This document shows positions 47,718 to 57,643 of a stretch of DNA of 64,000 bases, one piece after another. The position numbers were made by a program, and so were the translations under genes. The notes beneath the pieces are model-generated. The model searched no databases, was not told where the DNA came from, and saw only the letters and a list, made by a program, of their open reading frames with translations. Each line of letters starts with the position of its first letter. Positions within the stretch are counted from its first letter, which is position 1. The DNA lies in NCBI GenBank assembly GCA_964474445.1, contig CAYYSJ010000006.1, positions 14,213-78,212 of the forward strand. The letters are read 5' to 3'. The stretch is from an uncultured Gammaproteobacteria bacterium (GTDB taxonomy: Bacteria; Patescibacteriota; Microgenomatia; Levybacterales; UBA12049).

Positions 47718-48803
47718 ATGAAAGCGCAAAAGGGAATTAATCTATTAGGTGATATCGCAGATTCTGCAAAGAAGCGTGGATACATTACTCAGGAAGAGAT
47801 CCTCGGAATCTTTAGCAAGCCAGAAGAACACGTAGAAGAACTTGATGAGTTATATGACAAGCTCATGAAGATGGATATTGACGTGTTTGAGAACGTTGAT
47901 GAGGAGAAGGACCAAGCAAAGCCAATTGAGGATTTGGAAAAAGAGTTAGAAGCTCTCACTGTACTTACAGAAGGTACAGTAAGCGATCCCGTGAGAATGT
48001 ATCTCAAAGAAATTGGTCGAATTCCGCTTCTGACATTTGACGAAGAAATTGAACTTGCAAAGCAAGTTGAAAAGGGGAGCAAAGAAGCAAAGCAAAAATT
48101 AATTACTTCTAACCTTCGTTTGGTTGTGTCTATTGCAAAGAAATATGTAGGAAGAGGTTTAACCTTGCTGGACTTAATCCAAGAAGGTAACCAGGGACTA
48201 ATTCGTGCAGTTGAAAAATATGACTGGAGACGAGGATACAAATTCTCAACCTATGCTACCTGGTGGATCAGACAAAGTATTACTCGTGCTATTGCTGACC
48301 AAGCACGTACTATTCGTATTCCAGTTCATATGGTTGAAAATATTAATAGATTTTTGAGAGCTTCGCGAAAACTTATGCAGGAATTAGGTCGTGAGCCAAC
48401 TCCAGAGGAAGTTGCAAAAGTACTTGGTATCGAGCCTGATAAAGCGCTAGAAATTATTAAAATTTCCCAGGAGCCAGCCTCTCTTGAATCCCCTGTCGGC
48501 GATGAGGAAGATAGTAGACTTGGAGACTTTATTCATGATACAAGCACTCCAACGCTTTTTGATGCGGCATCGCGCGAACTTTTAAAAGAACAAGTAGCAC
48601 AAGTGTTGGAATCTCTATCTGATCGTGAGAGAGAAGTACTTAAACAACGATTCGGTCTTGACGATGGACGACCAAAGACACTTGAAGAAGTTGGCAAACT
48701 CTTTAAAGTTACTCGTGAACGTATTCGACAGATTGAAGCAAAAGCACTTCGAAAATTACGACATCCTTCTCGAGGGAACAAATTAAGAGACTACTTGGCA
48801 TAA
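47718..48803 (+). CDS. rpoD: RNA polymerase sigma factor RpoD (sigma-70)
   Basis: Region 2.4 [33 protein letters not shown]; region 4 [15 protein letters not shown]; dnaG-rpoD order. Confidence 0.9.
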   Translation: MKAQKGINLLGDIADSAKKRGYITQEEILGIFSKPEEHVEELDELYDKLMKMDIDVFENVDEEKDQAKPIEDLEKELEALTVLTEGTVSDPVRMYLKEIGRIPLLTFDEEIELAKQVEKGSKEAKQKLITSNLRLVVSIAKKYVGRGLTLLDLIQEGNQGLIRAVEKYDWRRGYKFSTYATWWIRQSITRAIADQARTIRIPVHMVENINRFLRASRKLMQELGREPTPEEVAKVLGIEPDKALEIIKISQEPASLESPVGDEEDSRLGDFIHDTSTPTLFDAASRELLKEQVAQVLESLSDREREVLKQRFGLDDGRPKTLEEVGKLFKVTRERIRQIEAKALRKLRHPSRGNKLRDYLA

Positions 48804-48815
48804 AGACACTGGTTT

Positions 48816-49589
48816 TTACTCTTGGAGCAAGAAGTACTCTGTTCCAGAAGAATTTGATAAATTTTTCTTCACAATATCAGCACATTTGCTTGGATCTGGG
48901 ACAGAATCTAGATATATCTTTTCTTTTAATGCGGGGTTATATATCTCAATAGAACCAAAATTAAACAATCTTCCCCAAAAGCCTTGTTCAAAAGTTACTT
49001 GTTGTGTATGATTACACAAAAATATTTTTTCACTGTGTTTTAAAATACCGCTTTTATATCGTATTTCCCCCCGTCCGATATGATACCGGTTTGTTACCCA
49101 TCCTAAAGCGGCAATAAGCATAATAATAACTTTCATGATATTTAATAAGACAAAACAAACAAAATAAGCTGGCATTAATTGATTTTGTAATGCAGGAGAA
49201 AAGCTAAAATAAATTGATGGGAATTTTAAGCCAATGTAGATAAGGTCAAAAAATATTTCGATACTAATGAGATTGATAATAAGGAGGAAAACACTTCGTC
49301 GAAGGACAACTTTTTCTGGAACAGAAGTGGCCGCAAAATTGCTTTGAGTTATGTTAGAAGCAACGGATTCGATGGCTTGTGTACTGGTGTTTTTATCTAA
49401 AGGGTTTCGTCTTAAATAGGCATTACGGTATGCTTCGCGGAGAATGCCAAAAGGAACCTTTCGCAACCAAGAGTAAAATTCCTGTTGTTTCTTGTATTGT
49501 AGTGATTCGTGTCTCTCTTCATGGGATGGTATATTATTACCCCCTATAATCATTATCTGGATTATTACACAAATACAATTTGCTGTCAA
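48816..49589 (-). CDS. Membrane protein with a YdbS/YdbT-like bacterial PH (bPH_2) domain
   Basis: Two TM helices then IRYKSGILKHSEKIFLCNHTQQVTFEQGFWGRLFNFGSIEIYN (bPH_2-like pattern); TTG start. Confidence 0.4.
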   Translation of the reverse strand: MTANCICVIIQIMIIGGNNIPSHEERHESLQYKKQQEFYSWLRKVPFGILREAYRNAYLRRNPLDKNTSTQAIESVASNITQSNFAATSVPEKVVLRRSVFLLIINLISIEIFFDLIYIGLKFPSIYFSFSPALQNQLMPAYFVCFVLLNIMKVIIMLIAALGWVTNRYHIGRGEIRYKSGILKHSEKIFLCNHTQQVTFEQGFWGRLFNFGSIEIYNPALKEKIYLDSVPDPSKCADIVKKNLSNSSGTEYFLLQE

Positions 49590-49697
49590 AATCGTGCTAA
49601 ACTAAAAAAAAGATTTTTAAAGAATATTATTGTGAAGGATCATTTATAAATTTTGGGGTGGATTTCAGAAATGTTTGATGCTAAAATAATCTAATCT

Positions 49698-49769
49698 TCC
49701 GCGATAGCTCAATGGTAGAGCAGGTCGCTGTTAACGACAAGGTTCTAGGTTCGAGTCCTAGTCGCGGAG
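49698..49769 (+). tRNA. tRNA-Asn, anticodon GTT
   Basis: Manual fold: acceptor TCCGCGA/TCGCGGA, D-arm GCTC-AATGGTA-GAGC, anticodon stem GGTCG/CGACA with loop CTGTTAA, T-arm CTAGG-TTCGAGT-CCTAG, discriminator G. Confidence 0.85.
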
Positions 49770-49833
49770 CAGAAATCGTCCTATAGCCATGTCCTAATGG
49801 GACAGCTTAAATTCTTTCTGTTACACTAATTAC

Positions 49834-50682
49834 GTGTTAATTATTTATTCATTCATTGCTCTGTTCGTATTGTTCCAAACTCTTAGTAGTGCATTATCCA
49901 GTTGGGTGACAAAAAAGACTCGGTATGAGGGGGCATATACCGTTCTTTGGCAACTTACTAGTGGAGGTCTTATGTTTTTTACTTTGCCTTTTGTTAAGCT
50001 TTATACAAATTTTGATGTAAAAATCCTTTTAATTTTTGCAATATCTCTTATTTTTTGGGCGTTAACAAATGTTTTCCTCTTTAAAGCTTATAAAAATGAG
50101 GATGTAAGCATAATAACAACTGTATATCCTCTTTATAATATTATCGCCTTCGGTGTTACTGCATTATTTTTTGGTGCTAAATTTAATTTGGTAATAGTAC
50201 TTGGATTTTTACTTATCACCTTTGCCAGTTTTTTGACTGGTTTTTATAGAACTAAATTTAATCCATCAAAAGGCGTAAGATTTATCCTTTTAAGTGTTCT
50301 TTGCGAAGGAATTGCACTTGGACTTAGTATTCCAGTAACAAAAGTTTACTCAAGCTTTCTGTATATTGCAGTTGGTTTTACTGTGCCTGGACTTATAAAT
50401 CTATTTCTTTTTATCCGTCCAAAAATATCACACCTTGCATATGAATTAAGTAGACAATGGAAAGCAATTTTTATTAATGCAATATGCGTTGATTTGCTTT
50501 ATATATTCGAATATGCAGCACTTCAAAGAGGAAATGTCTCACAGGTTGTTTCGTTTGGTGAAGCTTCTACATTATTAACTGTTATATCAGGTATAGTGTT
50601 TTTACACGAAAGAAAGCATATAGCTATCAAGCTAACAGCGGCAATAATAGTAATAGTTGGAATTATTTTAGCTCAGCAGTAG
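49834..50682 (+). CDS. DMT/EamA-like transporter family membrane protein (about 10 TM helices)
   Basis: Two internally similar five-helix halves; GTG start. Confidence 0.45.
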   Translation: MLIIYSFIALFVLFQTLSSALSSWVTKKTRYEGAYTVLWQLTSGGLMFFTLPFVKLYTNFDVKILLIFAISLIFWALTNVFLFKAYKNEDVSIITTVYPLYNIIAFGVTALFFGAKFNLVIVLGFLLITFASFLTGFYRTKFNPSKGVRFILLSVLCEGIALGLSIPVTKVYSSFLYIAVGFTVPGLINLFLFIRPKISHLAYELSRQWKAIFINAICVDLLYIFEYAALQRGNVSQVVSFGEASTLLTVISGIVFLHERKHIAIKLTAAIIVIVGIILAQQ

Positions 50683-50688
50683 GAAGCT

Positions 50689-50853
50689 TTAGATATCCTT
50701 TTCAATGTTTTTAATAATTTGCTCTAAGTCTTCAATTACCATTTGAAAATGTTCCATTTCTGCTTTTTTATGTGATTTCTTGAGCATTTTCAATACATCA
50801 ATTGCCTTAAGAATGTCTTTTATAATTTGATGCTTTGCATTTTCATCAGTCAT
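50689..50853 (-). CDS. Small hypothetical protein (54 aa), charged and helical
   Basis: ATG-initiated ORF MTDENAKHQIIKDILKAIDVLKMLKKSHKKAEMEHFQMVIEDLEQIIKNIEKDI, below track cutoff; no homology recognised. Confidence 0.25.
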   Translation of the reverse strand: MTDENAKHQIIKDILKAIDVLKMLKKSHKKAEMEHFQMVIEDLEQIIKNIEKDI

Positions 50854-51274
50854 GCTTGTAGTTTATCACCTATCTATTTGACTTAACAAGTATTGTGTTT
50901 GTTCAAAGATAATCTTTGGATATTCAACTTCCGCCAGTCTTCCGTAGAAATTGTCCCACTGGGCGAGCAGAAAAACACCGTTTCAGAACGAGTATCTCGT
51001 TAGCTTCAAAAGGTAGATAAAAGAATTTGGATGAGTAACCGAATGTTGGAGTGATGAAGTTCCTTTAAGACCATTTAAATGGTCTTGCACAATTAGTGAA
51101 CATTTAGAGTCTTCTCTTTAAAAATATCCATTGAACTACAAATCTGCATATTTGAATGATTCAAACCCTTTCATACTTTTTGTAAATTGTGATACGTCAA
51201 AAATTTTTATTAGACAAGATAGTAATTGCGTCACAAAAAGTTCTTTCTCCCGTTTTATATAAGTAGATAAAGAT

Positions 51275-51685
51275 ATGCCATCACTCATTCTTCTTATTGC
51301 ATTCGGACTTGGAATTGCATTTTTTGCAACGCAGAACACTGGAGCTGTTCATATCGTTTTGGGCAATTATGTTTTAACGAATATTCCACTTTATACGATC
51401 GTTGTTGGATCAATTCTTTTCGGCGTTTTTGTTAGCTGGCTAGTTAATATTGTGGATACACTTTTCACTCTTTTTACATTGCGCAATAAAGATAGTCTGT
51501 TAAAAAAATCTCAACATACCATGGAAAAATTGCAAGAAAAAAATTTTGAACTTGAAAAAGAGATAGCGCAACTTAAAGAAAATACAAATGTCCCAGATCA
51601 AGAAGACAGTGAGAAAAAAGATGTAAATTATGAACCAGAACTGCTTAAAAGTTTCAAACATGGATTAAACCTGTCTCAGCAATAA
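51275..51685 (+). CDS. LapA-domain (DUF1049)-like membrane protein with C-terminal coiled coil
   Basis: MPSLILLIAFGLGIAFFATQNTGAVHIVLGNYVLTNIPLYTIVVGSILFGVFVSWLV, then E/K-rich helix. Confidence 0.4.
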   Translation: MPSLILLIAFGLGIAFFATQNTGAVHIVLGNYVLTNIPLYTIVVGSILFGVFVSWLVNIVDTLFTLFTLRNKDSLLKKSQHTMEKLQEKNFELEKEIAQLKENTNVPDQEDSEKKDVNYEPELLKSFKHGLNLSQQ

Positions 51686-51963
51686 TAACGATGAATATAA
51701 AAGGGGGAATGTATATGGCAACAATATTGTATATTTTGCTCGTTTTTTTTACTCCTATGCAATTCAACTTTTTTTGGTTTTTTGTCAGTGTGCTTTTTTC
51801 TCTTGTTGAAACAGGCGGAAGAATCATTTACCGATATACAACAGATAAGTCATTGGCAGGACATATGGAGGAATTATAAAGTAGGTTTTTTCCTAATTTG
51901 ATTAGGAAAAAAGGACATTTTTAATATAATTCATTGGCAAACAGTGTTTGCTATACTGGGAAT

Positions 51964-52253
51964 ATGAAATCGGTAAATTGTGTCGATACATACATTGAGA
52001 ATGTCCAAAAGAAGTACAAGGGAGACTTCGAGAGATTCGGTAAGCAATCAAATCAGTTGCTCCAGATACTGAAGAAACGATAAGTTATGGAATGCCCTAT
52101 TATCATTACAAGGGACGACTTGCTTATTTTGCAGTCTTTAAAAACCATATAAGTCTTTTTGCAATTCCCCCAATTGTAGAAGAACACAAAAGTGAACTAG
52201 TAAAATATAAAATCAACAATTCAATTCCCTTTAGATCAAAAACTTTCTATTAA
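51964..52253 (+). pseudogene. DUF1801 (YdhG-like) gene disrupted by a frameshift
   Basis: Frame 1 MKSVNCVDTYIENVQKKYKGDFERFGKQ... stops at 52081-52083; a second frame continues IKSVAPDTEETISYGMPYYHYKGRLAYFAVFKNHISLFAIPP... to the stop at 52251-52253; shift near 52041-52050. Confidence 0.55.
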
Positions 52254-52317
52254 TTTGATAAAAAAGCTGGTGAAAGCACAGATTAAAAAAATTGAAGAAG
52301 GACAAAAGAGAAAATAA

Positions 52318-52680
52318 TTATTTTCTCCCAGGTTTCATACGAGAGCCTACTGCCAATGCTATTGCAGCAAAAAAGATGGCAAAATCTCGAAAAAGAATAT
52401 CAATTTGCGTAGAATTTGCTCCTATAATGCCCAAAAGCGTTAGTGCTGCAAGTGATGCAGCATAGAATGTCTTCCATCCGGTCAGTATCCATACACTGAG
52501 TACAGTCTGGAATAAAGAGAATCCAAGAAGCAGTAGTTGTGCAGGAAATATATTTCGTGCGATCTGAGGAATATAACCGATCCAATTGTATGGCTGAAAT
52601 GTTGCGGCAACTGCTGCATAGAGAAAAACACTAGCAATGCTAAGACGAAGAAGAAGAAAGACAAGTTTAGGATGGGACAT
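52318..52680 (-). CDS. DoxX-family membrane protein
   Basis: MSHPKLVFLLLRLSIASVFLYAAVAATFQPYNWIGYIPQ, four TM helices. Confidence 0.5.
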   Translation of the reverse strand: MSHPKLVFLLLRLSIASVFLYAAVAATFQPYNWIGYIPQIARNIFPAQLLLLGFSLFQTVLSVWILTGWKTFYAASLAALTLLGIIGANSTQIDILFRDFAIFFAAIALAVGSRMKPGRK

Positions 52681-52681
52681 A

Positions 52682-53164
52682 TTATTGGACGATGATTATT
52701 CCTGTTTGACCTGGGTTAAGATGATTATGATATCCGTAAGTGCCAGGTGTAGGGAATGTTAGGGAAAGCGATCCTCCATTAGAAAAGCTTCCGAGGTTAA
52801 GTGGCGGATAGGCAGTATGTGTGGGGTGGGGATTTGAATTGACAGTTGCAGTTTGGCCACTCTTATTAATCCACGTCACTGTTTGACCTGTTTTAATAGT
52901 AAGCGTTGCCGGAGACCATCCATTCTGTGTCAATGTAATGATATTTTGTTGTTGTGCTGGTGATTGAGCAGGCGTTGTTTTGCTTGCTGTTGTGGGAGAT
53001 GCATATTCTCCTCGTTCGTTATTGTTATAGCTACCCCTTCTGGCAAAGACAAAGTAGTAAATAAGACCGTACAAAATGGCTCCAATAACAACATAGAGAA
53101 GAAGCCATTGCCATAATGGTCGCTTTCCATAACCAGAAGTATTTTGTTGTATAGTATCTGCCAT
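52682..53164 (-). CDS. Membrane-anchored cupredoxin-fold protein lacking the canonical Cys copper ligand
   Basis: N-terminal TM; C-terminal ATLTIKTGQTVTWINKSGQTATVNSNPHPTHTAYPPLNLGSFSNGGSLSLTFPTPGTYGYHNHLNPGQTGIIIVQ fits the plastocyanin/amicyanin fold but has no Cys. Confidence 0.5.
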   Translation of the reverse strand: MADTIQQNTSGYGKRPLWQWLLLYVVIGAILYGLIYYFVFARRGSYNNNERGEYASPTTASKTTPAQSPAQQQNIITLTQNGWSPATLTIKTGQTVTWINKSGQTATVNSNPHPTHTAYPPLNLGSFSNGGSLSLTFPTPGTYGYHNHLNPGQTGIIIVQ

Positions 53165-53330
53165 CTTAGTTTATCTTCATACATTGAAAGTAAGAAATCA
53201 AGTCGTGGTTCCCAAAGAAATTGTGATGAGTTTAGAGAAAGGCGCTTCACAAATATAGTTGAAAAATTGGCCTTGCAGTCTGCTATAGTTATATGAAGCA
53301 GTAAGATAATTTGTAAAGGGGGTGATAACA

Positions 53331-53738
53331 ATGACGCAACTTACTCCATATCTTTCATTTGATGGAAATTGTACTGAAGCAATGGAATTTTATAAATCCT
53401 GTCTTGGTGGAGAGCTCGATATTCAAAAAGTAGGAGATAGTCCAATGAGAAGTGAAGATCCAAGAAAAAATGACCAGGTAATGCACTCAGTACTTACATC
53501 AAATGCGATTGTCTTAATGGCATCAGACCTTGTAATGGGAGGAGATCTACAGCGAGGAAATGGTGTAACACTCACTCTTAGTGGTGGCAGTAAAGAAGAA
53601 ACGAAAAAACTCTTTACCAAACTCTCAGAAGGTGGTCATGTAACCCACGCGTTTGAGGAAACATTCTTTGGCTATTATGGTGACTTAACTGACAAATACG
53701 GTGTTTTGTGGGCTTTCCAAGCTGACAAACAAGAATAG
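53331..53738 (+). CDS. VOC-superfamily protein, PhnB / 3-demethylubiquinone-9 3-methyltransferase-like
   Basis: MTQLTPYLSFDGNCTEAMEFYKSCLGGEL...FGYYGDLTDKYGVLWAF. Confidence 0.65.
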   Translation: MTQLTPYLSFDGNCTEAMEFYKSCLGGELDIQKVGDSPMRSEDPRKNDQVMHSVLTSNAIVLMASDLVMGGDLQRGNGVTLTLSGGSKEETKKLFTKLSEGGHVTHAFEETFFGYYGDLTDKYGVLWAFQADKQE

Positions 53739-54053
53739 TAATGTCATCATGAAGAGCATAAAAACAAAGCAATCGCCTATTGAATGAGATTAAAATTGTT
53801 GTGAACTATTCCAATCTTTTCAATGGCACTTCTTAAGAAAGAAAACTGCTGGTTGAATCTCTCCCAGCAGTTTTTTCTAGAACTTACATTCCAAAGAAAA
53901 CGATTTTAATAATTGCTGCAATAAGGACAATTGTAAAAAAGAAAATAGAAAGTCCAATAGGTGATCCCCATCCATACCACTTCATTGCATACTCTGTTGG
54001 TAGGCCATGTATATCTTCTAAATGATGGTTTTTATTCATTTATGCCACCTCCT

Positions 54054-54563
54054 TTATATGTCCAAATACTCAACTGGCTTTTCTTCTTTTTCTAAAAGAT
54101 TTACCAGTGTTGTATATAAGTCACTTGGTAGTTTCTTCTCGAAATCTTTTGGCTTTGTGCCGACAAAAAGTTCAGCATGCCAAGGATTTATAAGATAATC
54201 ACCACTCTCTTTCCATGCTTTTTTATCAGTCAAAAGTGAGGCTTTGCAAACAGTTATAACGTGTACTGCCCAGTTATCTTTTTGTGTATGATAGATGGTT
54301 GCTTGCATCCACCATTGCTTGTCATCACTAAATCCTTGCCATTTTCCAATAGTGCTTCCCACAAATCTTTTTTCGCTTTCTACATCATGGCTACCGACAC
54401 GCAGAGATACTTCCTTCATCCCTTTTGCTTTTTGCTGATGTCTCGCAACATACTCACGAAGTGCAATAGAAATAACGGAAGAGAGGGCTTCTCCTGCTAA
54501 CTGCTTTGCTTCTTCAAATAGTGATGCATCTGCTTCACTGACGTAAATAGTTTTATTTGGCAT
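54054..54563 (-). CDS. Hypothetical protein
   Basis: ATG at 54563 (MPNKTIYVSEADASLFEEAKQLAGEAL...); Trp-rich C-terminal half; no family recognised. Confidence 0.4.
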   Translation of the reverse strand: MPNKTIYVSEADASLFEEAKQLAGEALSSVISIALREYVARHQQKAKGMKEVSLRVGSHDVESEKRFVGSTIGKWQGFSDDKQWWMQATIYHTQKDNWAVHVITVCKASLLTDKKAWKESGDYLINPWHAELFVGTKPKDFEKKLPSDLYTTLVNLLEKEEKPVEYLDI

Positions 54564-54767
54564 ATGCATATAATATACGTATATGTATATTTTGTCAAGA
54601 AGGAGAAATGGTTGAGATGTGCTCACGGTGCTTGAAGGGGAAATCAAATTGGGAAATGGATTATATATATCAAAAACAGTAACATCAACAAAGTAACTTT
54701 TTTTAAAAAAGAAAATAATTCAAAAATATTCCTTGACGAGAATATTCCTCTTTGGTAATATATTTTT

Positions 54768-55088
54768 ATGAATCCACAGATGTTTAGTGTTTTATCTGAA
54801 CAAAATCGTTTAAATATTGTAGAACTCCTTTATGATCATCCTCGGTCAGTGAACGAGCTAGTTGATACTCTTCACCTTAGACAGCCTCAAGTAAGTAAAC
54901 ATTTAAAAGTTTTGGCAGATGCGGGGGTGGTTGACATGAAGCCAAATAAAAACAAAAGAGTTTATGCACTTAAGTCTGAACCATTTAAAGAATTAGACAA
55001 ATGGCTCGAAAAATATCGCAAAATGTGGGAGGACAGATTTGATAGACTCGATAAACTCTTAAGGAAGGAGGTTAAAAAAAAGAATTGA
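54768..55088 (+). CDS. ArsR/SmtB-family transcriptional regulator
   Basis: LSEQNRLNIVELLYDHPRSVNELVDTLHLRQPQVSKHLKVLADAGVV winged HTH. Confidence 0.75.
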   Translation: MNPQMFSVLSEQNRLNIVELLYDHPRSVNELVDTLHLRQPQVSKHLKVLADAGVVDMKPNKNKRVYALKSEPFKELDKWLEKYRKMWEDRFDRLDKLLRKEVKKKN

Positions 55089-55465
55089 AATTACTAAAAA
55101 GTATTGGAGCAGTACTTGCCGGTTTTATGGCCGTTGTTATTTTAAGTATTGTTACCGATTTTATTGTTGAATCACTAAAGTTTTTCCCTCCAGCGAATCA
55201 GTCAACTGCCTATGTTTGGTGGATGCTTTTAATTGCACTTATCTATAGAACTCTCTATACAGTAGTGGGAGGCTATGTGACCGCTTTGTTAGCGCCAAAC
55301 AAGCCAATTCGTCATACAGTAATTCTTGGAATAGTAGGAATTATTGCAGGGATATTAGGAACAGTGGCCAACTGGAATATGGGAAATCAATGGTATCCAA
55401 TTATGCTAGTAGTCTTGGCTCTTCCTTCTACATGGTTAGGAGGTCGGTTGTTTGCAAAAAAGTGA
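55085..55465 (+). CDS. Small four-TM membrane protein, hypothetical
   Basis: Hydrophobic ORF overlapping the arsR stop by 4 nt (operonic). Confidence 0.4.
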   Translation: MKLLKSIGAVLAGFMAVVILSIVTDFIVESLKFFPPANQSTAYVWWMLLIALIYRTLYTVVGGYVTALLAPNKPIRHTVILGIVGIIAGILGTVANWNMGNQWYPIMLVVLALPSTWLGGRLFAKK

Positions 55466-55535
55466 ATTGTCATTCTTGATCTTATAGAGAACCCGACAAG
55501 AGATTTTGTTTTTGTGGAAATGACAATGAAAGGAG

Positions 55536-56048
55536 GTGACAAAAATGGAAGAACAGAAGAAAATAATCATTGAAAGAATTTTTGATGCTCCACGAGAAAA
55601 AGTGTGGAAAACATGGACTACTCCAGAACTTGTGAAAGAGTGGTGGGGTCCAGAAGGCTTCTCTGCACCTTCTGTAAAAATAGATTTTCGAGTTGGAGGG
55701 AAATATATCTATGCGATGCATGGGCCAGAAGGATCTCCTTGGGATAGAGATTTATATAGTGCGGGAGTCTTTAAAGAAATCGTTCCAATGGAAAGACTTG
55801 TTATCACAGATTATTTTTCCGATGACGAAGGAAATAAAACGAGTCCGACAGAGCAAGGTTTAAGCAGTGATATGCCGGCAGAAATGACAGTCGTCGTGCG
55901 CTTTGAAGATGTTAATGGAAGTAAGACCAAACTCTCAATTATTTATACTGCTGATTCAGAAGAGATGTATCAAGCTATGATCAAAAGTGGTATGCAAGAA
56001 GGATGGAGTACCTCTTTGGATAAGTTTGCAAGGGTTGTGGAAAGATAA
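55536..56048 (+). CDS. SRPBCC-superfamily protein (AHSA1 / activator of Hsp90 ATPase homologue-like)
   Basis: IIERIFDAPREKVWKTWTTPELVKEWWGPEGFS; strong RBS AAAGGAGGTGA. Confidence 0.7.
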   Translation: MTKMEEQKKIIIERIFDAPREKVWKTWTTPELVKEWWGPEGFSAPSVKIDFRVGGKYIYAMHGPEGSPWDRDLYSAGVFKEIVPMERLVITDYFSDDEGNKTSPTEQGLSSDMPAEMTVVVRFEDVNGSKTKLSIIYTADSEEMYQAMIKSGMQEGWSTSLDKFARVVER

Positions 56049-56096
56049 AAGTTTTTATCTTATTTCGGGGTAAGCATAGAAAGGAGGTGAGCATGA

Positions 56097-56591
56097 ATGG
56101 CACAGACACAAAAAATTACACCATATTTATGGTTTGACAATAATGCAGAGGAAGCAGTGAGTTTCTATATTTCAGTATTTGGAGATGGCAAAGTCTTACA
56201 TACAAGCCGATTTGATGAAGCAGGGTCAAAAGTGTCAGGTATGCCTGTAGGTACAGTAATGGTCATAGAATTTGAGCTCTTTGGTCAAAAGTTTGCAGCT
56301 CTCAACGGAGGACCTGTGTTTCAATTTAATGAGGCAATTTCTTTTCTGGTAAATTGTGACACCCAAGAAGAAATAGATAAGTATTGGGAAGTACTTTCAT
56401 CAGATCCGAAAGACGAACAGTGTGGATGGTTGAAAGATAAATTTGGTCTTTCCTGGCAAATTGTTCCAAAGCAACTTAGTGAGCTAATGAGTGATCAAAA
56501 TGCAAAAAAGTCAGGAGCAGTCATGCAAGCGATGCTGCAAATGAAAAAGATTGATATTGGACAGTTGCAGAAAGCATATGAGAGGGCCTAA
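56097..56591 (+). CDS. VOC-superfamily protein, PhnB-like
   Basis: KITPYLWFDNNAEEAVSFYISVFGDGKV...FGLSWQIVP; RBS GAAAGGAGGTG. Confidence 0.65.
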   Translation: MAQTQKITPYLWFDNNAEEAVSFYISVFGDGKVLHTSRFDEAGSKVSGMPVGTVMVIEFELFGQKFAALNGGPVFQFNEAISFLVNCDTQEEIDKYWEVLSSDPKDEQCGWLKDKFGLSWQIVPKQLSELMSDQNAKKSGAVMQAMLQMKKIDIGQLQKAYERA

Positions 56592-56673
56592 GTTCTCTTG
56601 TTGTCCTGAAAAGTTCAGGACAACGAACAAATAAAATTCCGAAATAAGTTCGGAATTTTATGATCGAAAGGAG

Positions 56674-57162
56674 GTGAAACAGATGAATCAAACAAAAATA
56701 ACAACAGAGCCTAACAAACAGGAAATCTGGATTGAACGTGAATTTGACGCCCCACGAGAATTAGTTTTCAAACTAACAACAGATCCAAAATATATCCCAC
56801 AGTGGTGGGGACCACGCATGTATACTACGTCAATAGATAAAGCGGACATACGGTCTGGCGGAGAATGGCGATATGTGCAGCAAGCAAATGGTCAGGATTT
56901 TGGATTTCATGGCGTATATCATGAAGTCTTAGCACCAGAGAGAGTTATTGACACATTTGAATGGGAAGGACTTCCTGAGAAAGGGCATGTTATTTTGGAG
57001 ACTGCGCGGTATGAAGAACTACCAGAGAATAGAACCAAACTACGAATACAGCAAGTCTTCCAATCAGTTCAAGATCGTGATGGCATGGTAGCCTCCGGTC
57101 AAAAAGAAGGACTTGAAGAGTCTTATGAAAGACTTGATGAGTTACTTGCAAAACTGAAGTAA
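56674..57162 (+). CDS. SRPBCC-superfamily protein (AHSA1-like), second copy
   Basis: [30 protein letters not shown]; RBS AAAGGAGGTGA. Confidence 0.7.
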   Translation: MKQMNQTKITTEPNKQEIWIEREFDAPRELVFKLTTDPKYIPQWWGPRMYTTSIDKADIRSGGEWRYVQQANGQDFGFHGVYHEVLAPERVIDTFEWEGLPEKGHVILETARYEELPENRTKLRIQQVFQSVQDRDGMVASGQKEGLEESYERLDELLAKLK

Positions 57163-57207
57163 TTCAAGGAGAAATTACACACTCGGTGTGAGTATAAAAT
57201 ACATCGG

Positions 57208-57642
57208 GTGTGGATTTTCCCTGAATTGTTTGACATAATAAATCAAATGGCTGAAGAGAAAACATCACAGAAAATGCTATGGTTAGGAAGAGGGCTTAGC
57301 ACATTTGTTACTCTTTTTTTACTCCTTGATGCAGTTATTCATGTCATGAATGTCCCTCCAGTTGTTGCTGCATCTCACCAATTAGGGCTTCCAGACTCAA
57401 TGGCTCTGACAATTGGGATTATCGAATTTATCTCCCTCATATTGTATGTCATTCCAAAAACATCAATACTTGGAGCAATTCTTTTAACGGGCTATTTGGG
57501 AGGTGCAGTTGCTAGCAATTTACGCGCAAATATGCCTCTTCTTTCAAACACTCTTTTTCCTGTTTACACAGGACTTTTTGTTTGGGGCGGCCTTTTTTTC
57601 AGGGAAAAAAGACTGCGGGAACTGATTCCTTTTAAAAAATAA
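57208..57642 (+). CDS. DoxX-like membrane protein
   Basis: Four TM helices (LWLGRGLSTFVTLFLLLDAVIHV...); start may be the internal ATG (MAEEKTSQK). Confidence 0.4.
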   Translation: MWIFPELFDIINQMAEEKTSQKMLWLGRGLSTFVTLFLLLDAVIHVMNVPPVVAASHQLGLPDSMALTIGIIEFISLILYVIPKTSILGAILLTGYLGGAVASNLRANMPLLSNTLFPVYTGLFVWGGLFFREKRLRELIPFKK

Positions 57643-57643
57643 T

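Noticed and set aside
53886-54041. 51-aa minus-strand ORF encoding a small hydrophobic peptide (MNKNHHLEDIHGLPTEYAMKWYGWGSPIGLSIFFFTIVLIAAIIKIVFFGM)
   Set aside because: Plausible small membrane protein but below track cutoff and without support; not reported as a feature.
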